A stretch of 64,000 nucleotides of DNA from an uncultured Thermoplasmata archaeon (GTDB lineage Archaea > Thermoplasmatota > Thermoplasmata > Lutacidiplasmatales > UBA184), in NCBI GenBank assembly GCA_963708255.1, contig CAVPSE010000002.1, positions 437,842-501,841 of the forward strand, given 5' to 3'. The notes beneath the pieces were generated by a model. The model ran no database searches. It was not told the origin of the DNA and worked only from the letters and a program-made list of their open reading frames with translations. Below are positions 1 through 11,179 of this stretch, piece after piece. How positions within the stretch are numbered: position 1 is the first letter of the stretch; every line of letters starts with the position of its first letter. Position numbers and translations under genes: made by a program.

Positions 1-1243
1 GCGTCCAGTCCCCGGTCCGGTATGCGCTCGAGCCGCTTTCGAAGGTCCAGTTCACCCCGCTCGACGGAGATTCGCCCGTCGCCGGGCCCGCGTTCTTCGA
101 GGAGCACCCGATGGCGTCCCAGTACGGCGCGTTGGGGCGGGAGGGCGACCGATGCCTCGTTCTCCGAGATTCGCGGGGGTCGATCCTCAGCCTCCCCCCC
201 GTCCTGAACAGCCGGGAGGCGGGCGAGGCGCGGGCGGGGGACGGGGCCCTCCTCCTCGAGTCGACCGGCCTTCGGGAGGGCCGGGTCGAGGAGGCGCTCG
301 GGCTCCTCTCCCTGGTCTTCGTCGCACGGGGCTGGCACCTCTCCCCCGTCCACGTCGAGAGGGCCGCCCGGACGGAGACCGGGACCCAACTGGTCCACCC
401 ACGCCATGTGACCTTGCCGGACCGGGTCCTGGAGCGTCTTGCCGGCCGGTCGATCCCGGCCGACGAGGTGAGCGAGGGGCTCCGACGCTGCCGACTGGAC
501 CCGGCGAGAACCTCGGAGGGATGGACGGTCGATGTCCCGCCGTGGCGGCCGGACCTGCAGAGCTCGACGGACCTCGCCGAGGACCTGCTCTTGATCCGGG
601 GGGTCCGCCCGGAGGACGGCCTCCTCATACCGAGCCAGACCCGGGGGCCCGGACCCCGATGGCGCGGTTCCGTGCGACCTTCTCGGATCGGCTTCTCGGT
701 CTCGCGTTCGTCCCGCTCTACACCCCGGTGCTCGTCTCGGAGCGGAGCATCTCGCTCACGGGACGGGCCGAGGCGATCGCCCTCTCGAACCCGGTCTCGG
801 ACTTGTATGCGTACCTTCGGGACTCTCTACTTCCGTCGCTCGTCACGACCCTGGAACGGAACCGCCGGCACGGCTACCCCCAGCGGTTCAGCGAGGTCGG
901 GCCGGTCGTAGTCCCGTCCCCAGGCGCCGAAACCGGATCGGAGACCCGGTTCCACGCGGGGACGATGGTCGCGGGAACCGGGGCCGGGTTCGCGGAGGTT
1001 GCGGCGGTAGTGGACTACCTGATGCGGGCATCGGGGGCCGCCGGGGTTCGGGAACCCATCGAGATCGCCGGGACCATCCCGGGGCGCGCGGCCGTCGTGC
1101 GCCTGGCGGGCGAGCCCGTCGCCTGGCTCGGCGAGATCCACCCGGAGCTGCTGGCCGTGACCGGGGTGCCGGTCCCCGTGGCCTGGGCCGAGCTGGATCT
1201 GAGTGCCCTCGCGGTCCTCGTGGGCGGCGGACCCCGACGGTAG
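1..1243 (+). CDS. pheT: Phenylalanyl-tRNA synthetase beta subunit, C-terminal part (5' end outside window)
   Basis: Frame 3 from pos 3 reads ...[11 protein letters not shown]...DVPPWRPDL...[11 protein letters not shown]. It continues in the frame of ORF 152..1243 ([15 protein letters not shown]...[12 protein letters not shown]...GEIHPELL). One frame change near 640-670. Confidence 0.85.
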   Translation, partial: RPVPGPVCARAAFEGPVHPARRRFARRRARVLRGAPDGVPVRRVGAGGRPMPRSPRFAGVDPQPPPRPEQPGGGRGAGGGRGPPPRVDRPSGGPGRGGARAPLPGLRRTGLAPLPRPRREGRPDGDRDPTGPPTPCDLAGPGPGASCRPVDPGRRGERGAPTLPTGPGENLGGMDGRCPAVAAGPAELDGPRRGPALDPGGPPGGRPPHTEPDPGARTPMARFRATFSDRLLGLAFVPLYTPVLVSERSISLTGRAEAIALSNPVSDLYAYLRDSLLPSLVTTLERNRRHGYPQRFSEVGPVVVPSPGAETGSETRFHAGTMVAGTGAGFAEVAAVVDYLMRASGAAGVREPIEIAGTIPGRAAVVRLAGEPVAWLGEIHPELLAVTGVPVPVAWAELDLSALAVLVGGGPRR

Positions 1244-1274
1244 AGGCTTTATCGAGGGGCTCGGTCGACCCGCG

Positions 1275-2948
1275 ATGCCGGCCCGACGGCGCCCATCGGC
1301 CTCGAAGGCTCGCTGGGAGGCCGAGGCCCGGTCGGCCCTCGGGGACGCCGTGGACGGCGGGAGCGTCCCCCTCCTCGTCGGGCCGCCCGACGACGAGAGC
1401 GGCTACATGGACCACCTCGGGTTCCCGGGGGCTCCCCCGTACACCCGCGGCGTCCAGCCCACGATGTACCGGGGCCGGCTCTGGACCTTCCGCCAGTACT
1501 CTGGCTTCGGGAGCGCCCGGGAGACGAACCGGCGTTTCCGCTACCTCCTGGCGGGAGGGCAGACCGGTCTCTCCGTCGCGTTCGACCTTCCGACCCAGAT
1601 CGGCTACGACTCCGACCACGTGCGATCGAAGGGGGAGGTCGGGCGCTGCGGGGTCGCCATCTCCTCGCGGACCGACATGGAGACACTGTTCGGGCAGATC
1701 CCGCTCGATACGGCAACGGTATCGATGACCATCAATGCCACGGCGCCGATCCTCACCTCGCTCCTCGTCGCCGTAAGCGAAACCCAGGGCGTACCGAGGG
1801 CGAAGCTCGGGGGCACGGTCCAGAACGACATCCTGAAGGAGTACATCGCGCGGGGAACGTACATCTACCCCCCGGGGCCGTCGCTGCGGCTCACCACCGA
1901 CCTGATCGAGTTCGCCACCCGCGAGATGCCCCAGTGGAACTACATCTCCGTCTCCGGCTATCACATGCGCGAGGCGGGCGCCACCGCGAGCCAGGAGGTC
2001 GCCTTCACCATCGCGAACGCCATCGCATATGTCCGGGCCGCCCGGGACCGGGGGCTGGCCGTCGACGAGTTCCTGCCGAGGCTCTCGTTCTTCTTCTCCG
2101 CCGACCGGAACTTCCTCGAGGAGATCGCGAAGTTCCGGGCCGCCCGCCGACTGTGGGCCTCGGTGGCGCGGGAGCTGCTCGGGGCGAAGAGCTCCCGCTC
2201 GTGGGCCATGCGGTTCCACACCCAGACCGCGGGCTCGTCGCTCACCGCCCAGCAGCCCGAGCTCAACGTCGTCCGTACCACCCTGGAGGCGCTCAGCGCC
2301 GTCCTCGGCGGCACCCAGTCCCTGCACACCAACGCCCTCGATGAGGCCCTCGGGCTCCCGACCGAGTCATCGGCCCGGCTCGCGCTTCGGACCCAGCAGA
2401 TCCTCGCGGAGGAGTCCGGTGTCCCCTCGACGATCGACCCACTGGGCGGGGCCTACGAGATCGAGTACCTGACCGACCGGATCGAGCGCGAGGCGCGCGA
2501 GTACCTCGACCGCGTCGAGGCGATGGGTGGCTCACTGGTCGCCGTCGAGAAGGGGTTCTACCAGGGCGAGATCGCCCGGGAGGCGTACCGCGTGGCCCAG
2601 GCACGGGAGTCGAAGGAGGAGCTCGTTGTCGGGGTCAACGCGTTCCCGGAGGGGAACCCGGAGTTCGATCTGTTCCCGGCGCGAAAGGGCCGGCAGGCCG
2701 CCGGCCGGTTCCAGCGGGTGGATCCGGCCCTCGAGGACCGTCAGGTCCGCTCGGTCGCCCGGTTCCGTTCCCACCGGGACGCTCGGAAGGCCGACCGGGC
2801 GCTCCGGGAGCTCATCCGGGCCACGGAGGCCGGATCGAACGTGATGCTCCCGGTCCTGGCCGCGGTGCGGGCCGATGCGACCCTCGGTGAGATCGCGGGC
2901 GCGTGGCGCGAGATATTCGGCGAACACCGACCCTCCCGAGCCTTCTGA
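1275..2948 (+). CDS. Methylmalonyl-CoA mutase, large (catalytic, N-terminal domain) subunit
   Basis: ORF 1203..2948. [65 protein letters not shown] is the classic MCM signature. ATG at 1275 chosen to avoid overlap with pheT. Intact frame. Confidence 0.9.
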   Translation: MPARRRPSASKARWEAEARSALGDAVDGGSVPLLVGPPDDESGYMDHLGFPGAPPYTRGVQPTMYRGRLWTFRQYSGFGSARETNRRFRYLLAGGQTGLSVAFDLPTQIGYDSDHVRSKGEVGRCGVAISSRTDMETLFGQIPLDTATVSMTINATAPILTSLLVAVSETQGVPRAKLGGTVQNDILKEYIARGTYIYPPGPSLRLTTDLIEFATREMPQWNYISVSGYHMREAGATASQEVAFTIANAIAYVRAARDRGLAVDEFLPRLSFFFSADRNFLEEIAKFRAARRLWASVARELLGAKSSRSWAMRFHTQTAGSSLTAQQPELNVVRTTLEALSAVLGGTQSLHTNALDEALGLPTESSARLALRTQQILAEESGVPSTIDPLGGAYEIEYLTDRIEREAREYLDRVEAMGGSLVAVEKGFYQGEIAREAYRVAQARESKEELVVGVNAFPEGNPEFDLFPARKGRQAAGRFQRVDPALEDRQVRSVARFRSHRDARKADRALRELIRATEAGSNVMLPVLAAVRADATLGEIAGAWREIFGEHRPSRAF

Positions 2949-2958
2949 GCGGGTCACC

Positions 2959-3355
2959 GTGAAGATCGATCATCTCGGGGTCGCGGTCGCCAGCCTCTCG
3001 GACGCCCTCGCGCTCTGGGAACCGACCTTGGGGGTGCGGGGCAGCCCACCGGAGGTGGTCGAAGGCCAGAGGGTGCGGGTCTCGTTCCTTCCGGCGGGCG
3101 ACTCCCACCTCGAGCTCCTCGAGCCGACCGATCCGGCCTCCCCGGTCGGGCCGGTTCATCGCGGAACGGGGGGGCGGGATCCACCATGTGGCGTTCCACG
3201 TCCCGAGCGTCGACGCGATGCTCCGCTCGGTCTCCGAGCGGGGGTACCGGCTGATCGACACCGTGTCGCGCCCCGGCGCCCGCGGCCGCCGGGTAGGGTT
3301 TGTCCATCCGAAGTCGTTCCACGGTGTCCTTGTGGAGTTCGTCGAGGGGCCATGA
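2959..3355 (+). CDS. mce: Methylmalonyl-CoA epimerase (glyoxalase/VOC family)
   Basis: GTG 2959: [21 protein letters not shown]...[14 protein letters not shown], then next frame [25 protein letters not shown]...[10 protein letters not shown]. Frame break at GGG 3148-3150. The stop overlaps the eno ATG (ATGA). Confidence 0.85.
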
Positions 3356-4572
3356 GCCGGATACGATCCTCCCGGATCCGCCAGGTGTATGATAGCCGAG
3401 GAAAGCCGACGGTCGAGGTGACCGTGGTCTCCTCGGACGGCAGTGTCGGGGTGGTGGCGGCTCCGAGCGGGGCCAGCACGGGTACCCACGAGGTCCAGGC
3501 GTTCCCGGAGGGCGGAGTGCCCGCGGCGGAACGGACCTTCGTCTCCGAGGTGGCCCCGGCCCTCGCCGGTGCCTCCCTGGATGATCTCCGATCGTCGACG
3601 GGATCCTCCACCACGTCGACCCGTCGACCAACTTCGCGAGGATCGGCGGGAACACCGCCACCGCCGTGTCCATCGCCTCGGCCCGCGCGGCCGCCACGGA
3701 CCGGGGGCTGGAGCTCTGGGAGTGGCTGAAGCGGCCCGGGGTGACGGGGGAGCGGTTCCCCGCGATCGTCGGTAACTGCCTCAACGGGGGCCGCCACGCG
3801 ATCGGTGGGCCGGAGATCCAGGAGTTCATCGCGTTCGCTCCGGAGGCCCGCCCGTCGGACGCGGTGCGGGTCGCCCTGGAGGTCCATGGCCGTGTCGGGG
3901 CGGCCCTCCACGCTAAGTTCCCGACGGCCTCGCTCGGACGGGGCGACGAGGGCGGTTGGGTGGCGCCGATCGGCAACGTGGAGGCGATCGAGCTCCTGGC
4001 CGAGGCCTGCCACGGGGCATCCGACGCCCTCCACCTCGCGGTCCATCCCGGCCTCGATCTCGCCGCCAGTGAGTTCTTCGAGGGTGGCCAGTACCGGTAC
4101 CGGGAGCAGACCCTCGACCCCGGAAGGCCAGCTGGGGTTCCTGATCGAGCTCGTCGACAGGTACGGGATCCGGTATCTCGAGGACCCGTTCGAGCAGGAG
4201 GCGTACGACTCCTTCGCCGAGCTCACGAAGGCGGTGGGATCGAAGACCCTGATCGTGGGGGACGATCTCTACACGACCCGACTGTCCCGGCTCGAGGAGG
4301 GGCTCCGCCGGCATGCCACCAACTCCATCCTGATCAAGGTCAACCAGGTCGGGACCCTGACCGACACCCTGGCCACGGTGGACTACGCCCGGGCCCACGG
4401 GCAACGGACGGTCACCTCCCACCGGTCCGGGGACGTTCCCGACGGCTGGCTTGCCCACCTCGCCGTCGCCACGGAGGCGGCGGCGCTGAAGTGCGGGCTG
4501 CTGGGCGGCGAGCGGGTGGCAAAGCTAAATGAACTCCTACGTCTCGGCGCCCCCCACCCAGAGGGTCGATGA
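3352..4572 (+). CDS. eno: Enolase (phosphopyruvate hydratase)
   Basis: [23 protein letters not shown]...ASTGTHE, then [34 protein letters not shown], then [14 protein letters not shown]...[14 protein letters not shown]...SHRSGD. Two frame breaks, at ~3590 and at the C-run 4118-4121. Confidence 0.9.
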
Positions 4573-5222
4573 GCGCCGAGGACGTCGAGCAGATGGCCAC
4601 CGACGAGGAGGGTCAGGACACCCGCCCGGGCGAGCTGCTCGTCCCCGAGGAGACGTATCTCACCTCCGGCGTCCATATCGGCACCCAGCAGAAATCGGCC
4701 AGCATGCGCCGGTTCGTCTACAAGGTCCGCTTCGACGGTCTCCACGTCCTCGATATCCGGGAGACCGACCGGCGGATCCGGATCGCCGCCAAGTTCCTCG
4801 CCCGGTTCCCCGCGGAGAAGATCCTCGTTGTCTCGCAGCGCCAGTACGGCCAAAAACCGGTCAAGGTGTTCGCGAAGGCCGTTGGCGGGGTCTCGTACGC
4901 CGAGCGGTTCGTCCCCGGCTGCCTGACCAATCCCAACCTGGCGGAGTACTTCGAGCCCAAGGTGTTGCTCTGCACCGACCCCGCCACCGACCAGCAGGCG
5001 CTCAGCGAGGCCGTCTCCATCGGGATCCCCGTCGTCGGGCTCTGCGACGTGAACAACGAGACCCGGAACGTGGACCTGGTCGTGCCCGCCAACAACAAGG
5101 GCCGCGTCGCCCTGGCGACGGTCTACTGGCTCCTCGCGCGGGAGGTCCTCAAGTCCCGGGGCGGTGCCGCCGCCGAGGCCCCCTATACGCTCACGATCGA
5201 GGACTTCCAGGCCGCGCTCTAG
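4569..5222 (+). CDS. rps2: 30S ribosomal protein uS2
   Basis: ORF 4569..5222. [52 protein letters not shown] overlap with the eno stop. The eno-rps2 pair is typical of archaea. Confidence 0.9.
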   Translation: MSAEDVEQMATDEEGQDTRPGELLVPEETYLTSGVHIGTQQKSASMRRFVYKVRFDGLHVLDIRETDRRIRIAAKFLARFPAEKILVVSQRQYGQKPVKVFAKAVGGVSYAERFVPGCLTNPNLAEYFEPKVLLCTDPATDQQALSEAVSIGIPVVGLCDVNNETRNVDLVVPANNKGRVALATVYWLLAREVLKSRGGAAAEAPYTLTIEDFQAAL

Positions 5223-5263
5223 CGGGTCCGGGGAGTTTTACGGCCTCTCCGTCTCCCCGTTCT

Positions 5264-6542
5264 ATGCGGCGGGCCACCGGCTCCCTGCTCGAGCTCTTGG
5301 TGGAGCACGGCGTCCCGGAGCGGGGCGCCCGCCTCTACCTGGCGGCGTGCCGGGCCGGGCCCCAGACCGCGAGCGCCCTCGCCAGATCCGCCGGCCTCAA
5401 CCGGGTCGAGGCGTACCGGTTCATCCGCCTCCTCGAGCGGGACGGTCTGCTCCAGGCGACCGGCCGCCGGCCGATGCGCCTTGCCGCGGTCCCCCCCGGG
5501 GAGCTGCTCGAGAAGTACGTCCGGCACGCGGCGGACCGTTTGGAGCGCCTTGAGGGGGACCGGCGCCGTCTCCTCAGCGACCTTGAGGAGGAGCTCGCCG
5601 GGCCCGACCCCGGGGACGACCAGAAGTTCGCCGTCCTCGAGGGTCGCTCCCGGATCCAGACGTTCCTGAAGCGCCGGTTCGGCACGGCCGAGAAGGAGAT
5701 CCTCCTCTCGGTGAGCGGCTTTTCGCTCGGCTGGGCGATCGACGGAGGTGTCGACAGGGCGCTGCGCGATGCGTCGGCCCGAGGCGTTCGGGTACGAATG
5801 GTCACCGAGGTCACCGGCGCGACGCTCGGGGACTCCAAGCACTTCGCCTCCTTCTCCGACATGCGCCATGCGGCGGCCCCCGTGACCAACCGGGCGATCG
5901 TGGTGGACCGGTTCGGCGCGCTGGTGTTCGTGTCGGGTGAGGAGGGGCTGGGCCCCACCGGCGAGTCCCAGGTCGCCCTCTGGTCAACGGCTCCCGGAGT
6001 TCATCGCGCGCACCCGCCAGTACCACCAGCGCCTCTGGGGGCGCGGCACGCCGGCCGAACAGCGGATCGTGGAGTTGGAGTCGCCGCCGGGCGCGAGCCT
6101 CGCGGTCATGCAGGGCCACCTCGCCGAACCGTTCCAGCGGCTCCGGGAGATCACCGAGCTCGGCATGCGCGCCACGGGGGTCCGGGAGGTGCGGTTCGAC
6201 CTCCCCGAGATGATCGAGACGGTGGCCCGTCAGCTCGGTTCGACCATCGCCACCCGGGTCGAGGGGAGCACCCCGGAGGAGGTGGCCCGCTCGCTCGTCG
6301 GCTACTACGCGACCCACGCGCTCGGCCAGCTCGAGGTCCGACGGGAGGACCCGCTCACCCTGCGGGTGACGCAGTGCTTCGCCTGCACGCCCCAGTCGCC
6401 TGAGATCGGTCGCGTCCTCTGCCCCCGGATGCTCCGAGGTGTCCTCGAGACCCGCCTCGGGAGCGGGTGGGAGGTCTCCCGCCCGGACCCCCGACGGCAC
6501 GCGTCCAAGGGGTGCGTCTTCACGGTCACCCCCGTGGCGTGA
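5264..6542 (+). CDS. TrmB-family transcriptional regulator with C-terminal V4R-like domain
   Basis: ATG 5264. N-terminal wHTH (LLELLVEHGVPERGARLYLAACRAGPQTASALARSAGLNRVEAYRFIRLLERDGLL) and a TrmB-type middle domain. After a frame break near 5985-6000 it continues as PEFIARTRQYHQRLW...RVTQCFAC...VLCPRMLRGVLE...KGCVFTV (V4R-like Cys pattern). Confidence 0.65.
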
Positions 6543-6608
6543 ACCCCCGTGCTAGGGCGAAACATTGTGTTGCATGTGTACACACAACGGTGACAGTAAC
6601 GGAACCAA

Positions 6609-6618
6609 GCTATATATA
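6609..6618 (+). promoter_or_regulatory. TATA box upstream of tfb
   Basis: gcTATATATAc lies in an AT-rich island of an otherwise GC-rich sequence, about 30-38 nt upstream of the tfb ATG (6647). This implies a leaderless or short-leader mRNA. Confidence 0.6.
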
Positions 6619-6646
6619 CGGGCCCTCCGATGAGCTTAAAGGTCCC

Positions 6647-7771
6647 ATGAAGGCAAACTCCCCCAAGAACCGGCCCGTGGCTCCGTCGAGCCGGGCGGCC
6701 CCGTCCCGTCCCTCCACGAAGGCGAAAGCCCTGAAAACACCCTCGATCGCCATCGTTCCTCCTGAGGTCGATGCCAGCGTCCCCTCCCGAAAGGGTCACG
6801 CCACCACCTCGCCGGCCGAGGATGTCTGCCCGGAGTGCGGCTCCACCCACCTGACCCGGGACGACATGCGCGGCGAGATCGTCTGCGCGGACTGCGGGCT
6901 CGTCGTCGACGCGTCCGCCCTGGTCTCGGACCGGGGTCAGCGCGGCAGCAAGGAGGACACCGGCCGGGAGGCCCGCGGCTGGGGCCCGGTCATCTCTCCC
7001 CTGATGCCGGACAAGGGACTGTTCAGCGAGATCGGCGTTCCCACCCGCGATTTCCAGGGCAACAGCCTCTCGCGGAACACCTCGCTCAAGTTCTACCATC
7101 TGCGCAAGCTCAACCACCGCCTCCGGGCGGCCCGCACCCACCAGCGGAACCTCGTCGTGGCGCTGGGCGAGCTGAACCGCCTCGCCGGGGTCCTGGGCCT
7201 CTCGCGGGAGGTCAAGGAGTCCGCGACGTACATCTACCGTCGCGCGCTCGAGCACAAGGCGACGCGCGGCAAGAAGATCGTCGCCCTGGTCGCGGCCAGT
7301 GTCTATGCGGCCTGCCGGCAGTGCCACGTCCCCCGGACGATGAAGGAGATCATCGCCCACTCCAAGGCGACCAAGATCGAGGTCGGCCGCGCCTACACGC
7401 TCCTCGCCCGGGAGCTCAAGCTCGGTCTGAAGCCGGTCGAGCCGCGCGACTACCTGGTCCGGTTCACGCAGGACCTGAACCTCTCGAAGGAGGTCCGTCA
7501 CAAGGTGCTCTCGCTGCTGGAGCAGGTCGAGCAGGTCTACTCCACGAGCGGCGTCCTCCCGAACGGGATCCTGGCGACGATCATCTACATCGCCTCGAAC
7601 CTGATGGGGGAGCCCCGCAGCCAGGACCGGATCGCGCTCGTCGCGAACGTCACGCCGGTGACGATCCGCAACCACTACAAGGAGCTCCTCGACCTCCTGG
7701 GGCTGCCGAAGAACCTCACCAACCCGCAGGTCCGGGGCGGCCCCCGGCCTGCCCCCGCTCCCTCGCCCTGA
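6647..7771 (+). CDS. tfb: Transcription initiation factor IIB (TFB)
   Basis: Within ORF 6467..7771. Zn ribbon CPECGS...CADCG and two cyclin-fold repeats (ATYIYRRALEHKATRGKKIVALVAASVYAACRQCHVPRTMKEI...ILATIIYIAS). About 60 aa low-complexity N-terminal extension. Intact. Confidence 0.95.
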   Translation: MKANSPKNRPVAPSSRAAPSRPSTKAKALKTPSIAIVPPEVDASVPSRKGHATTSPAEDVCPECGSTHLTRDDMRGEIVCADCGLVVDASALVSDRGQRGSKEDTGREARGWGPVISPLMPDKGLFSEIGVPTRDFQGNSLSRNTSLKFYHLRKLNHRLRAARTHQRNLVVALGELNRLAGVLGLSREVKESATYIYRRALEHKATRGKKIVALVAASVYAACRQCHVPRTMKEIIAHSKATKIEVGRAYTLLARELKLGLKPVEPRDYLVRFTQDLNLSKEVRHKVLSLLEQVEQVYSTSGVLPNGILATIIYIASNLMGEPRSQDRIALVANVTPVTIRNHYKELLDLLGLPKNLTNPQVRGGPRPAPAPSP

Positions 7772-7873
7772 GGGCGGCAAGCTCGAAGAGGACGCCCTGG
7801 CCGTCGGCCACTAGGCCGGCGGACCCACCCGGGGGCGGGGAAACGCGTTAATCCCCCGCTCCTACGGGACGAC

Positions 7874-9086
7874 GTGGGGGCCCACGGCGCGCTGAGCTAC
7901 TCCGCGGTCCGGGCCTACACCGAGTGCCCGCTCCGGTGGAAGTTCCTGTACATCGACCAGCTCCCGGAGGCGCCCGCGGGGCTACTTCTCCTTCGGCCGG
8001 ACGGTCCACTCCGTCCTCGAGGAGCTGCTCAAACCGCTGGTGGTCCCCGCCGCCCGTCGGATGCCCGACGGAGAGCGTCAACGCACCCTCGACGAGTTCC
8101 CGCCCGGCGCCCACGGGCCGGTCCCGACCGGGCGTCTCCCCGCGGTCGAGACGATGCTCGGTCTGGTACGACGAGCAGTGGGTCGGCGAGGGGTACAACT
8201 CCCCCGAGGAGGAGGCGAGGTACAAGGCCGCTCGGCCGGGAGCTCCTGACCGCGTACCGGGACGCCGATCGTCCCGGTCCCCGCCGGCCCCGGTCGCCGT
8301 CGAGCAACACCTCGAGGCGAAGTGGGAAGGGGTGCCGGTCCACGGCTATCTCGACCGGATCGACCGGACGCCCACCGGCGGCCTCGAGATCATCGATTAC
8401 AAGACCTCCCGGGAGCTCTCGCAGGACGACGTCCGACAGTCGGACCAGCTGACCGTCTATCAGGTGCTGGTGGAGTCGAACTACTCCGAACCGGTCGAGC
8501 GGCTCACCCTTTACCACCTCCGGGGCCAGACCGCCCTCTCGGCCCCCCGGAGGGTCCCCGACGCCATCAGCGTGGTCCGGGACCGGGTGGGGCGCACCTA
8601 CGATGGGATCCGGAGCGCGTTTGTACGAGCCGACCCCCGGTCGCCACTGCTCCCGGTGCGAGTTCAAGGGAATGTGCCCGGAGTTCCGGAACGTCCCCGA
8701 GCCCGATCGGGAGCGGCTCGGGGAACTGGTGGACCGGTTCGAATCGCTCCGGGCCCAGGAGGTCCGCCTCGAGCAGGAACTGCGAGCGGCCGCCGAGAGC
8801 CTCCACCGGGAGGCCGAACGGCTCGGCGTCCATCGGATCCCCGGGACCGCCTCGACGGTGGTCCGGCGGTCGGGAGGAGACCTGGCGGTTCCGGGAGGAG
8901 TCCGTCGGTCCCCTCCTGGCGGCCCACGGCCTTAGCGCCCGGGCCCGCCCGGACGACCCCGAGGCGCTCCGCAAGCTGGTCCTCGACCGGACCCTGGACC
9001 CCGAGGTCCGTCGACGACTTTCCGAGACGGGCGGCCGCCAGGTCCGGTGGTACTGGGAGCTCGAGGGCGGCGGGTCCCGGGACTGA
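7874..9086 (+). CDS. PD-(D/E)XK nuclease, Cas4/AddB-like with 4-Cys cluster and C-terminal coiled-coil extension
   Basis: GTG 7874. YTECPLRWKF (N-terminal Cys), GYLDRIDRTPTGGLEIIDYKTS (D...E-x-K), QLTVYQVLV (QxxxY), GRHCSRCEFKGMC (CxxCx5C). Reconstructed across 5 frame segments (ORFs 7874, 8040, 7924, 8603, 8322). Confidence 0.7.
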
Positions 9087-9095
9087 ACCGGCAAC

Positions 9096-9107
9096 GGTTA
9101 TCAATCG
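9096..9107 (+). promoter_or_regulatory. TATA-like element upstream of purP
   Basis: GGTTATCAATCG is centred about 25 nt upstream of ATG 9126. Confidence 0.4.
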
Positions 9108-9125
9108 CACCCGATAGGCGTCGGT

Positions 9126-10195
9126 ATGGGGGTACAGCTCTCCAACTCCGCACGTCTCGCCTCCCTCGAGGGACGGACGCCGGCCGTCGCGACCCTCTGC
9201 TCGCATTCGTCCCTGCAGATCTTCCACGGGGCCCGCACCGAGCAGCTCCCGACCCTGGGGATATGCGTGGGAGCCCCCCCCAAGTTCTACGACGCCTTTC
9301 CGCTGGCCCGCCCGGACAAGTTCCTGACCGTCCCGAAGGTCAGCGTCCTCGCCTCCCAGACCCAGAAGCTCAACGACGAAGCGGCGATCCTCGTCCCCCA
9401 TGGCTCCTTCGTGGAGTACCTCGGTCCCGAGGCGTTCGGCAAGCTCGAGGTCCCCGTGTTCGGGAACCGGGCGGTGATCGCCTGGGAGTCGGACCGCGAG
9501 AAGGAACGGGAGTGGCTCGAGTCGGCCGGCGTCCCCATGCCGCGTCGGTACGCGACCCCCGAGGAGGTCGACGGGCCGGCGATCGTGAAGTACTACGGGG
9601 CGAAGGGCGGGAAAGGGTTCTTCCTCGCCCAGAACCGGGAGGCCCTCGCAGAGTTCCAGCCGACCGGGCCCCACGTCATCCAGGAGTACGTGCTGGGAAC
9701 GCGGTACTACGTCCACTTCTTCTACTCCCCGCTCTCCGACCGAGGCTACCGCGTCGGCCATGGCTCGCTGGAGCTATTGGGGATGGACCGCCGGGACGAG
9801 GCGAACATCGACGAGCTGTACAAGCTGGGCAGCCCAGGACGAGCTCCTCAAGACCGGCATCCGTCCGACGTTCGTCGTCACGGGCAACGTCGGGGTGGTG
9901 CTGCGGGAGTCGCTCCTCCCGAAGATCTTCGACGTGGGGGCCCGGATCGTCGAGCGGTCGATCGAGCTGTTCGGCGGGATGGTCGGACCGTTCTGCGTGG
10001 AGGGGATCATGACCGAGAACCTCGATTTCAAGGTCTTCGAGATCTCGACGCGCATCGTCGCTGGCACGAACCTGTTCGTGTCAGGCTCCCCGTACTCCGA
10101 CCTCATCGCCCCGAACCTTTCGACGGGCCGGCGCATCGCGCTCGAGATCCAGCGGGCCCGGCGAGAGGAACGGCTCTCGGAGATCCTCGAGCTAG
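9126..10195 (+). CDS. purP: FAICAR synthetase PurP (5-formaminoimidazole-4-carboxamide ribonucleotide synthetase)
   Basis: ORF 9126: ATLCSHSSLQIFHGAR...ILVPHGSFVEY...VKYYGAKGGKGFF...VIQEYVLGTRYYVHFFYSP. After a frame break at ~9831-9838 it reads TFVVTGNVGVVLRESLLPKIF...GPFCVEGI...FEISTRIVAGTN. No in-frame stop before the next gene, so the 3' end (TAG 10193-10195 in another frame) is provisional. Confidence 0.85.
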
Positions 10196-10242
10196 CGGGC
10201 TCCGCCAGCCTTAACGGACCCCGAGGTTCGGAGCCGTCCAAG

Positions 10243-11179
10243 ATGCCTCCCCCTGCCCTGCGGGCCCGTGCCCTCGGGAAGCGGTACCCCGCTGGCAACG
10301 TGGCGCTCCAGGGCGTGGACCTGGAAGTGCCTACGGGCCAGGTGTTCGGGCTCATCGGGCGGAACGGCGCCGGCAAGACCACCTTCGTCCGGATCGCCGG
10401 CACCCAGCTGACGCCGACGAGCGGCAGCCTCGAGGTGTTGGGGTTCGATGTCCTCCGGCAGACCGGCGAGATCCGGACCCGGATCGCCTCCGTCCCCCAG
10501 GAATCGCGGCCGCTCTACTTCGTCAACGTCGACGAGCTCGTGTTCCTGTACCTCCGGATGCGAGGCATGGAGCGCGCGGACGCCCGGATCCGGACCGACG
10601 CGGCGCTGGAGGAGCTCGGCCTGACCCAGGTCCGCAAGCGGATGGTCAACCAGCTGAGCGGCGGTATGCGTCGCCGGGCGATGGTGGCCATGATCCTGGC
10701 GTCCGACGCCGAGCTGTTGTTCCTCGATGAACCGACCACCGGTCTCGACCCGATGGCGCGCCGGGAGGTCTGGGGCGCGATCCGGCGGATCGAGCGCGAG
10801 GGACGGACCATCGTCCTCACCACCCACTACCTCGACGAGGCGGAGGCGCTCTCGACCCGGCTCGCGCTCATCGACGGTGGCAAGGTCCTCCTCCAGGGGA
10901 CCCCCGAGGAGCTCCGGGGGACGGATCCGACGGCCGTACCGGGTCACGGTCCAGGGGGGCCTCGCTCGCGCGGACCTGGACGGGTTCGGGGACGTGAGCG
11001 AGATCGCCGGCGGGTTCCTCGTCTTCGCCACCGAGTCGGACGCCCGGGAGCTCGCCCTGCGGGCCATGAAGGCGGGCGCCCGGGTTTCGTTGGGGCCGGC
11101 GACCCTCGAGGACATCTTCCTGAAGGTCGTCGGCCACCGGATCGACGAGGACGACGCGGCTCCTTTGGAGAGCGCGTGA
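10243..11179 (+). CDS. ABC transporter ATP-binding protein (ABC-2/DrrA-like)
   Basis: Walker A GRNGAGKTT, signature LSGGMRRR, Walker B LLFLDEPT. Frame break in the G5 run 10916-10920. The C-terminus comes from ORF 10727..11179. Confidence 0.85.

Noticed and set aside
888-2327. 479-aa minus-strand ORF antisense to the methylmalonyl-CoA mutase gene. Similar cases are 6305..7780 antisense to tfb, 2954..3976 and 3156..4226 antisense to mce/eno, and 8664..9761.
   Set aside because: These are R/G/P/A-rich low-complexity translations lying opposite genes with unmistakable homology. They are classic shadow ORFs of a ~70% GC genome with few stop codons.
4529-6403. 624-aa ORF suggesting one large protein.
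   Set aside because: It is composite. The first third is an out-of-frame read through rps2 (nonsense R/P-rich). Only the part from ATG 5264 is the TrmB-like gene, which then actually continues in another frame.
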